Of a stretch of 32,000 bases of DNA, positions 19,202 to 26,527 are shown piece after piece. Position 1 is the stretch's first letter. Every line of letters begins with the position of its first letter. The notes under the pieces were generated by a model, which was not told where the DNA came from, ran no database searches, and saw only the letters and a list, made by a program, of their open reading frames with translations. Origin of the DNA: Candidatus Poseidoniaceae archaeon (GTDB taxonomy: Archaea > Thermoplasmatota > Poseidoniia > Poseidoniales > Poseidoniaceae); assembly GCA_943789275.1 (NCBI GenBank), contig CALSTM010000002.1, positions 360,001-392,000 on the forward strand, written 5' to 3'. Made by a program: the position numbers and the translations under genes.

Positions 19202-19995
19202 CCACCTACCTTGTTTGTTTTGTCATGTTGAGCACCCCATTTGAGCATAGGTGTCAGCATAACGCCGAGAGGCGTCAATTCAATAGCGTGCTTTGCACGG
19301 CTGTGAGAAGTACCTCGCATCTTCACGACTTGTAGGAACCTTAGAAGGTGGCCCATACGCTCGACGTCACCCATGACAATAATGCCGTCTGCAATCGCTT
19401 CTTCGACCCCAAAGGAAGACCAATGAGCGTTTTCAGTCGCTGAAGTGATTTCAGAGATAAGAATGGTCGTACAGCCCAAAGAAGCAAGCTTCTTCCCGAG
19501 CGTGAAGAGGAAGTCACGAATCAATTGTTCCGACTTAATCTTGTAACAAAGAGTGGTGACTGAATCGATAACCAGGCGAGTAGCACCAATTTCGTGAACG
19601 ATGTTAATGATGGCTTTAATCAAGGCGTGAACGTCATCCAAGTCGAACGATGCTTTATCCAGACCAAGCCATGAATACAGCACATCCATATCGAAAACGT
19701 TGATTTTTCCAGAGTCAACCATTTTCATATCAAAAAAGGCATACTGGCGAATATTCTCAAGCAACTTGATCGAAGGTTCGGTTGCAGTAAAGTGTGCACA
19801 CGATTCTGGGAACTTAGCGAGCGCACCCCTTACGAGGAACTCCATAGCCAATGTGGTCTTACCAGAACCGCACGTACCTGCAGCGAGAACTGTAGAACCG
19901 TGAGGGATTCCACCTCGAAGGATTTCGTCCAAGCCATGAATACCCGTAACGCAGCGGTCACGAGTGTAATTAGATGTTGACTGCATGGGATTCAA
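19198..19995 (-). CDS. Single-domain KaiC-like (RecA-superfamily) ATPase with intact motifs
   Basis: GIHGLDEILRGGIPHGSTVLAAGTCGSGKTTLAMEFLVRGA (Walker A at 19855-19878), Walker B RLVIDSVTTL, and LQVVKMRGTSHS (KaiC-family KMRG block). Confidence 0.85.
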   Translation of the reverse strand: MNPMQSTSNYTRDRCVTGIHGLDEILRGGIPHGSTVLAAGTCGSGKTTLAMEFLVRGALAKFPESCAHFTATEPSIKLLENIRQYAFFDMKMVDSGKINVFDMDVLYSWLGLDKASFDLDDVHALIKAIINIVHEIGATRLVIDSVTTLCYKIKSEQLIRDFLFTLGKKLASLGCTTILISEITSATENAHWSSFGVEEAIADGIIVMGDVERMGHLLRFLQVVKMRGTSHSRAKHAIELTPLGVMLTPMLKWGAQHDKTNKVGG

Positions 19996-20059
19996 TACAC
20001 ACCAGCGGCTTTGGGTTCATGAAGCATCCGCTGATTAGCGTTCAAATGAGCACCTATGC

Positions 20060-21142
20060 TCATGCACTTGAGATTGACCCTGGAGTGGGGGAGGTCTGCA
20101 CAGCCCATGAGGCCTGAGTTCCGTTGAAGGTGGCCTCTAGAGATTGACCTAGAGAAGTGAAAAGGTCGCTTTGAGCCCCCCATTCCACAGTCATAACATC
20201 ATACGGCCGGGCTTGGTCGAGTTGCGTGTAACGAAGAGAAAGAACACCGTTACCATCATTAAGCAAATTAATCGACCCTACGCCAAGGAATGATTCTTGA
20301 GACAAGTCAAAGACTTGGGAGGCATTTCCACTGGATTGTGATGTTGCATCTCCTGTAAATAAGACGGTTGAATGTCCCGAGATAACCCCTTCCTGGAAAA
20401 GCAAGTTACTTGCACCGTTGGTCGAGGTGTGATTAAGAGACCAACCTCGCAAAGAGAGGGCGAAGTCATTCGGATTATAGATTTCCACCCATTCAGGGCC
20501 AAAGGAGGTTGGGCGGAGCATTACCTCACTCAAATACAGGTCGTTGTCTTTTTGACCACCTCGATGAACTTCAAGTATGACCCGCAATATTTCTCCGTTT
20601 TGGGAGAATTGGCGGTTGGCTGAAGAAGAGGCAGTCGCTGTAGAACGGTCGGTGCCTCCAGTGAACAACTTCACCCCAACACGTGAGGCGTTTTCAGACT
20701 CGATAACTGATATGGACAAATAGAGCGTGTATCCAACATCCAATCCAAGCCCAAGCGCCATGTTTTCTTCGGACACGTTCCGCAACGCTTCAATGCGTTG
20801 TTCATCCAGTATACCTTCACTGACAAGGCCGGTTTGAACACGTCCATTGTCAAGAGAGACGGCATCCAACAGGTGCCATTCAGAAGTGGAATTGTTGAAA
20901 TCCAGACCTGTGGAGCCCATCGGAACAAACCACCCACCGTCCGAAGTTAGACGATCCATTCCTTGTACTGCGGCACGGTCTATACGGTCAACATCAGGGT
21001 CATTCGAACCCATTTGGAGCTGTGCAAGAGATAAAAATGCGGTGAGAATCATGAGAAACAACGCAAACGCAGAAAGAAATTCAATGACGGCCGTGAGGGC
21101 ATTGTTGTCTCTTTCCAGAGAGCAAACCTCTACACCGCGCAT
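20060..21142 (-). CDS. Archaeal type-IV-pilin-like (class III signal peptide) protein with a C-terminal lamin-tail domain (LTD)
   Basis: The N-terminus MRGVEVCSLERDNNA|LTAVIEFLSAFALFLMILTAFLSL has a short charged leader followed by about 24 hydrophobic residues. The C-terminal LYLSEVMLRPTSFGPEWVEIYNPNDFALSLRGWSLNHTS...LLFQEGVISGHSTVLFTGD...LLNDGNGVLSL matches the LTD pattern (EfvElyNp...dLsGWsL...f.fp.g..l.pg). Confidence 0.7.
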   Translation of the reverse strand: MRGVEVCSLERDNNALTAVIEFLSAFALFLMILTAFLSLAQLQMGSNDPDVDRIDRAAVQGMDRLTSDGGWFVPMGSTGLDFNNSTSEWHLLDAVSLDNGRVQTGLVSEGILDEQRIEALRNVSEENMALGLGLDVGYTLYLSISVIESENASRVGVKLFTGGTDRSTATASSSANRQFSQNGEILRVILEVHRGGQKDNDLYLSEVMLRPTSFGPEWVEIYNPNDFALSLRGWSLNHTSTNGASNLLFQEGVISGHSTVLFTGDATSQSSGNASQVFDLSQESFLGVGSINLLNDGNGVLSLRYTQLDQARPYDVMTVEWGAQSDLFTSLGQSLEATFNGTQASWAVQTSPTPGSISSA

Positions 21143-21269
21143 GAACTGTCGTACCGTTCGGCGATTGAAGAGGTTGCCGCATGGAGTCTGTTCAAATCGT
21201 CGAATTATCGCATCAATGCCCCCTTCGGGGGCGATGAGTCTTTGAAGCCCCGCTGTGAGGCACCTGTCA

Positions 21270-24221
21270 ATGTCGCGCCGCGCTGTTCATGAATCTGGTC
21301 GCAAAAGCGGAAGCATCTGCTTTGTTCTCATCCTTCTCTTGGCATCATTGTCCGGAGTGATATCCCTTCCAGGCGTATCTGCGAGCGAAAGTGGTGACCT
21401 TGGACTGGTGGCTACCAATTCACCGGTTGAAGATTCATGGAGTTCATCTTGGGAGAACATCAGGTTCAATGCGACCATCACCAACGAGGGTTTGCAATCC
21501 ATCGCCAGCAGAGGCCTTTGGTGGCATGTATGTGAAGGGGAAATCGATGCGACCAATTGTAAATCAAATTACGATGACCGAGGAAGTTTTTCTCTCCCAA
21601 CAATATATCCAGGCACAACGTTGGATTTTGAATCCCCGAATGTGTGGAATCCGTCGGGTGATGAAGGGGTTTTTACCATCGTTTACGCGTTTACCCTCAC
21701 CGACCAAGACCCATCCGATGATGTCTTGATGTTTCGAATCAATGTGACGCAATCGTTTGTAGACCTGAGCGTTGATTCAACCTATGAACCAACCAGTACC
21801 TTACTCAATCTCGGTTACGACGGCAATCAAGCGATTTTGAATACCGGTACAAATTACGACATGAACGCTAAAGGAACCGTAACTGCCTGCGGCACATGTA
21901 ACTTCGTTGCCCAGATTGGATGGCAGCTGTGGTCCAGTGACGGACTCATCCTCATTTCTGAAGCATCGACCAGTGTTACGAATTTGCCCTCATGGGGCGG
22001 CATTTCTCCGTTCACACAAGCCATGCCTGCCTTCAGCCACAACGATCAAGGGAACTTCCTTCTAAAGTGGGGGCTGATTGAGAGTTCAGGAACGCCTTAC
22101 GGCGACCTTGTCCCCTCAAACGACCTCTCTGAAACCCTTATCGTTCTTGACGACACAATTGATATTCAAGCCACTTCGATGGCACCAAACCATGACCCAA
22201 CATCGGTGAACTATTTCTACGGAGAGAACATGGTTCGTTCAATCATAACAAACAACGGATATGTCACCGTCTCCTCGACGCTCGCCACCTTCCAAGTGTA
22301 CGACCAACTTGGCGAAATAGAAGATGAAGCGCAATGCCCAATCAATGATTTACATCCGGGTGATGAGCAGATTTGTTTGTTCAACATCACCCTCATCGGC
22401 TCTCTCAAAACACTCACAATCAACATACCCTCTGTCTTTGCCGAGGGCAGTGACTCCAAAGCAGGAGATAACGTTTTGACTGAAAATGTAGACCTTATTG
22501 CTGGTAATATCGACGCTTCAATCACTCAAAGCAACTCGCAAGGAATTTACACGACCGGTGATGACATCATCATGATTGCGCGTACCGGCGATACTGCTGC
22601 CGCTCCACTCAACTTTTCCTGGTTCAGAGCAGGGATCATCCCTCTTGGACACGGCCAAGTTCTGAACCTTTCCGGCTCAGTATTTGGTCTCGGCGACCAC
22701 AAGGTGACCCTACGGGTAACCGACGCATTTGGTGAATTAGAGTCCGTGCACAAAGAAATTACGCTGTTCAACTATGTTTCACTCGATAACGGGGATTTAT
22801 TCACTGGAGAAGCAGTCACCCGCTCCCTTTCGTATTTCGAACATGAATCAATTTTACCGGTACTGGGTACTCAATACGGTATCGGAGAAGGAAGAGAACC
22901 TCTCCTCTTGCTCTCGTTCAATGTACTGTCCAGTGCTGATAATTCCAATAACACGGGCATGGATCGTATGAACATACATCTGAACACTTCAAATCTCTTA
23001 CCGAGTAACATCCCGTTGGATTCTGTTGATGTACGATTCTTAACCTCGCTTGATGATAATATATGGACATTTATTGACGATTACTCGAAAAACATGGATA
23101 ACTCATTCGACATCACTCTGTATCAAAATGGAGTTGTCCTCATTATTGGCAATGCCCCACCTGCAAACATATCCAGTGGGGAACTTGAAAGAAGCCAACT
23201 CCAAGGCGGTAGTCTTGAATTGCAATGGTCGCCTGTGGGAGACATTGACAACCCCTATATTGGCTCCTGGAACATCTACAAACTTACCGTATCAAACAGT
23301 GCAGGCACCGTATTCCCAAATCCTTATCCAGATTTCAACCCCATAGTTTGGGGGCAACTCACTTCGACCACATTGGTTGCTTCAATCCCCCCAAACTCGA
23401 ATTCATGGATTGACCCTTCACCTCTGCCGACCGGAATTTGTGCATCCTACGCCATCATGCCTGCCGACAGAGAAGGTTCACCAGATTTCCTCCACATCGA
23501 AATTACACGCGACGATGATGGACAACCTGTAGCCTTCTGTGGTGATGCTGTGGCGCCGGATAAAGTGGTCACGAACATGCAAGTTACAACTTCCTTCACC
23601 AACAACTCTGATTGTTACAAAATCATGAACGATTGGTCCATGTGCTACGACGTCAACATGTCGTGGGTATGGCCAGATCATGAAACAACTGGAAATGTCT
23701 CATGGAACCTCTATCGTACCGACCAACGCCCCGATGAAATTGATATTTCCTTCCTCACACCTGTTGAAGAAGGACTTACCGGTATTGCTGGGGAGAAGGG
23801 ATACTACAACCAAAGCGGAATTAACGATGAAAACATTCGCCCATACCGCACATTTTACTACATTCTCGCTCCTGTCGATTCTGTAGGAAATCAGTTGAAT
23901 GAAGCTGACTATCCGACCAACTCGATACGAGTAACAATCGATGATCAATGGTGGGACTACAACCAGCACCTCATCCCTGAGCCTGAACCTGAACCTGAAC
24001 CACCGCTTGGCGTAGAATGGCTCGGAACACTCAAAGATTACACAGAAGTGGAAGAGTTCCAGTTGACGGGTGCTGTTGCATTGATGACGCTGGTGGTCAG
24101 CATGATTTTCTTACCGCTTATCATCAAGAAGAGAAAGCGATTGGCAAGGGTCATGAAGGCTCGTAAAAACCGAACAAATTCACAATTAACCGCGCAGGAT
24201 CTTGAAGACTTCTTTGACTGA
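21270..24221 (+). CDS. Large secreted surface protein (~984 aa) with a signal peptide, CARDB/Ig-like and FN3-like repeats, a PE-repeat stalk, a C-terminal TM anchor and a basic tail
   Basis: MSRRAVHESGRKSGSICFVLILLLASLSGVISLPGVSASE is a signal peptide. Repeated beta-rich segments include NATITNEGLQSIAS and SIITNNGYVTVSSTLATFQVYD. At least 12 NxS/T sequons. The C-terminus reads PEPEPEPEPP...LTGAVALMTLVVSMIFLPLIIKKRKRLARVMKARKNR. I prefer ATG 21270 to the track's GTG at 21255. Confidence 0.8.
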   Translation: MSRRAVHESGRKSGSICFVLILLLASLSGVISLPGVSASESGDLGLVATNSPVEDSWSSSWENIRFNATITNEGLQSIASRGLWWHVCEGEIDATNCKSNYDDRGSFSLPTIYPGTTLDFESPNVWNPSGDEGVFTIVYAFTLTDQDPSDDVLMFRINVTQSFVDLSVDSTYEPTSTLLNLGYDGNQAILNTGTNYDMNAKGTVTACGTCNFVAQIGWQLWSSDGLILISEASTSVTNLPSWGGISPFTQAMPAFSHNDQGNFLLKWGLIESSGTPYGDLVPSNDLSETLIVLDDTIDIQATSMAPNHDPTSVNYFYGENMVRSIITNNGYVTVSSTLATFQVYDQLGEIEDEAQCPINDLHPGDEQICLFNITLIGSLKTLTINIPSVFAEGSDSKAGDNVLTENVDLIAGNIDASITQSNSQGIYTTGDDIIMIARTGDTAAAPLNFSWFRAGIIPLGHGQVLNLSGSVFGLGDHKVTLRVTDAFGELESVHKEITLFNYVSLDNGDLFTGEAVTRSLSYFEHESILPVLGTQYGIGEGREPLLLLSFNVLSSADNSNNTGMDRMNIHLNTSNLLPSNIPLDSVDVRFLTSLDDNIWTFIDDYSKNMDNSFDITLYQNGVVLIIGNAPPANISSGELERSQLQGGSLELQWSPVGDIDNPYIGSWNIYKLTVSNSAGTVFPNPYPDFNPIVWGQLTSTTLVASIPPNSNSWIDPSPLPTGICASYAIMPADREGSPDFLHIEITRDDDGQPVAFCGDAVAPDKVVTNMQVTTSFTNNSDCYKIMNDWSMCYDVNMSWVWPDHETTGNVSWNLYRTDQRPDEIDISFLTPVEEGLTGIAGEKGYYNQSGINDENIRPYRTFYYILAPVDSVGNQLNEADYPTNSIRVTIDDQWWDYNQHLIPEPEPEPEPPLGVEWLGTLKDYTEVEEFQLTGAVALMTLVVSMIFLPLIIKKRKRLARVMKARKNRTNSQLTAQDLEDFFD
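23976..24005 (+). repeat. Hexanucleotide (CCTGAR)n tandem repeat encoding PEPEPEPEPP
   Basis: cct gag cct gaa cct gaa cct gaa cca ccg, read directly from the sequence. It lies inside the surface-protein CDS just before the TM anchor. Confidence 0.85.
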
Positions 24222-24227
24222 AGAATG

Positions 24228-24314
24228 TGGCGCGGCAGGGGAGATTCGAACTCCCGAGGTGAGACACCACTGGATTAGCAATCCAGCGCAATGGCCAGGC
24301 TATGCGACTGCCGC
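24228..24314 (-). tRNA. tRNA-Ser (anticodon GCU), type II with a long variable arm and encoded 3' CCA
   Basis: The reverse complement folds by hand. Acceptor stem GCGGCAG/CUGCCGC. Anticodon stem CUGGA/UCCAG with loop UUGCUAA. Variable arm UGGUGUCUCACCUC. T arm GGGAG-UUCGAAU-CUCCC. Discriminator G followed by CCA. Confidence 0.93.
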
Positions 24315-24392
24315 AGTAACTCGGCGACCGTCGAAGCAGTCATGAACATGACGGTTGAAGCCGCACTCTACATCGTGATGAAAACGCTATAC

Positions 24393-25415
24393 TCAACCGA
24401 GTGGTCCCAAGAAACCAAGCCATTTTGGAGGGACGATGCATACAGCCACGAGAGCTACATGCATCCAACCGAGATAATACAATGAGCGGAAGAATGAAGT
24501 TGCGGCCTTCGGCATCCTTTCGTTTTCATCAAGTTCTTCCAATGGGTCAATGTCCCACACGGATTTTGCATACCAAACGGTGAGACCACTGGCCAGGAAA
24601 GCCCAAAGCAGAGGTAAACCGCTTTCAGGCCAAAACACTGGAACAAGCCCAAGCAATAAGAGAAGCACACAGTATACTTTCGATTCCAAAACGGTTCGTT
24701 CAGGCCCCTTTACTTCATTGAGCATGGGGATGTTGACTTTACCATATTCACCTGACCGATAGAGTGCCAACGCCCAAAAATGGGGTGGAGTCCAAAGGAA
24801 AATCAGCATGAAAAAGACCCATGGAATTGGAGAGCCAAGGTCAAGTGGATTGATGGAATCAATCGATGAGGAAGCCGCAGCGGCCCAACCAATCAAAGGC
24901 GGTGTGGACCCAGCTATACCCCCGATGACAATGTTTTGTGGCGTTCGACGTTTCAGCCATATTGAATAGATGAGCACGTAGAAAGCGACTGAGAAGAACG
25001 ACCAGAACGCTGCTTTCCAGTGTACCAAGAAAAACAGAGATGAACCGAGCGTAGCAATCAATAAGCCGAACACAAGGGCTCCTCGGGCGGAAATATGCCC
25101 TTGGGGGACAGGCCTGTTCTTGGTGCGACGCATGTGGGGGTCGATATCTGCATCGTACCACATGTTGATGGAATTTGAACCACCTGCAGACAACGTACCG
25201 GCAACCACCGTCAAACCGATGGTATACATCGTATCGGTCCAAGAGCGTTGAGCATCAAGAAGGCCGTGACGGGCAAGCAGGTCGTGAACCAAAATTGCAC
25301 ACACGGCCGTTACTTGAAGTAAAACAATGACTCGAAGTTTCATCAAGCGCATGAATACCTTGAGCCACCCAGGGTGCGGAAGAGGATCCTCAACGACTTG
25401 CTCGGCCACATTCAT
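24393..25415 (-). CDS. ctaB: Protoheme IX farnesyltransferase (heme O synthase, UbiA superfamily)
   Basis: NMWYDADIDPHMRRTKNRPVPQGHIS (CtaB/COX10 motif), about 8-9 TM segments, and PPHFWALAL. Its start overlaps the ctaA stop (ATGA, 25412-25415). Confidence 0.9.
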   Translation of the reverse strand: MNVAEQVVEDPLPHPGWLKVFMRLMKLRVIVLLQVTAVCAILVHDLLARHGLLDAQRSWTDTMYTIGLTVVAGTLSAGGSNSINMWYDADIDPHMRRTKNRPVPQGHISARGALVFGLLIATLGSSLFFLVHWKAAFWSFFSVAFYVLIYSIWLKRRTPQNIVIGGIAGSTPPLIGWAAAASSSIDSINPLDLGSPIPWVFFMLIFLWTPPHFWALALYRSGEYGKVNIPMLNEVKGPERTVLESKVYCVLLLLLGLVPVFWPESGLPLLWAFLASGLTVWYAKSVWDIDPLEELDENERMPKAATSFFRSLYYLGWMHVALVAVCIVPPKWLGFLGPLG

Positions 25416-26515
25416 TCCTCCTCATGTGACGGGGGTGGACTGGAATGAAGACGCATGAAGAACGATGCAGAAACGGCGACTAAGAAACAACAGACACCAA
25501 ACATAAGGTGCAGAAGAGACACCCACTCCGGGAACTCTTCCATGTCTGCCAGAACAATGTAAGAACCGCCAACAAGAACATTGAGGATCCACAGCCCAGC
25601 AGCGAAATCAGTGATCCGACCTAACACCGGTGTCACTTCATGTTCACGTGCATCTTGACGCAGACGCGCTGAGCCGGAAACCAAAATGAGGCCAACCAAA
25701 ACTGCTCCGAAACGGTGAATCATTTGGATAATGACTCCCGGGCCGTCAAAGGAAGGTAAAAGTGAGCCGTTACACTTGGGCCAACCGTTTGGGAATCCTA
25801 CCGAACAACCCTGATTGTATTGGCCTCCTGCTGTCGAGGAAACCCATGCTCCAAGGATGAGAAGTGTGAAAACTGCGCCGACCATTGAATCGACTCGGGT
25901 TTTGTTTGCGGCTACAAACTCGGGGTTCATCGAAAATAATTCCCATCTCGATTGTTCTTGACGACGCATGGCAAAATGTTGGAACAAGAAAGAGGAAGTG
26001 AAAATACTTGCAAGGGAAAGATGCAACGCTACGGACCAGTCGACGTTGTCAAAAGAAACGGTAAGAGCGCCCACAAGGGCCTGAATAATCAGTAAAATCC
26101 CTGAGAAAAGTGTTGTCCTAAAGACCGTTTTTCCATATGTTTCAATCATCTTGTAAGCAATGATGGCGTTTAACAGCACGGGAAGAGCAATGATTCCGAC
26201 GAGAAGACGATGGAACCATTCGGAAAAGATTTCGAACGTCGTGTAACGGTGATCAATTCCGCGTGAATCTATTTCATCGGGGTTCTCATCCCAGTAAACG
26301 CCTTGCTCTTCTTCCGAGATATCAAAGCCCCAAGTTCCGAAGCATTGGGGCCAGTCTGGGCAAGATTCACCTGCGTCGTTGATTCGGATTGTGCCGCCTG
26401 CAACGATAATGCATAGCGCCATCCCAAGGAGAACCAAAGGAAGAGTCGACGGTCGCCGCCACCACACCTGCCCCATGTGTAATGGTGAGAGCAGACCCCT
26501 TTTGAACACATTCAT
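25412..26515 (-). CDS. ctaA: Heme A synthase (CtaA/COX15)
   Basis: Two Cys pairs, GESCPDWPQCFG and CSVGFPNGWPKC, conserved His-bearing helices (WFHRLLVG, MIHRFGAVLVG) and 8 TM segments. The start is uncertain (ATG 26515 or Met14 at 26476). Confidence 0.85.
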   Translation of the reverse strand: MNVFKRGLLSPLHMGQVWWRRPSTLPLVLLGMALCIIVAGGTIRINDAGESCPDWPQCFGTWGFDISEEEQGVYWDENPDEIDSRGIDHRYTTFEIFSEWFHRLLVGIIALPVLLNAIIAYKMIETYGKTVFRTTLFSGILLIIQALVGALTVSFDNVDWSVALHLSLASIFTSSFLFQHFAMRRQEQSRWELFSMNPEFVAANKTRVDSMVGAVFTLLILGAWVSSTAGGQYNQGCSVGFPNGWPKCNGSLLPSFDGPGVIIQMIHRFGAVLVGLILVSGSARLRQDAREHEVTPVLGRITDFAAGLWILNVLVGGSYIVLADMEEFPEWVSLLHLMFGVCCFLVAVSASFFMRLHSSPPPSHEEE

Positions 26516-26527
26516 GCACCCGTAACT

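Noticed and set aside
19992-20183. 63-aa minus-strand ORF spanning the gap between the LTD pilin-like gene and the KaiC-like gene
   Set aside because: It mostly overlaps the 3' end of the 360-aa gene in another frame, has no motif and no SD, and is likely spurious.
17776-24314. Genomic island or integrated element next to tRNA-Ser
   Set aside because: I saw no integrase, transposase, phage-like genes or direct repeat of the tRNA 3' end. The genes continue the same strand run as the core atp operon. It is kept only as a low-weight remark.
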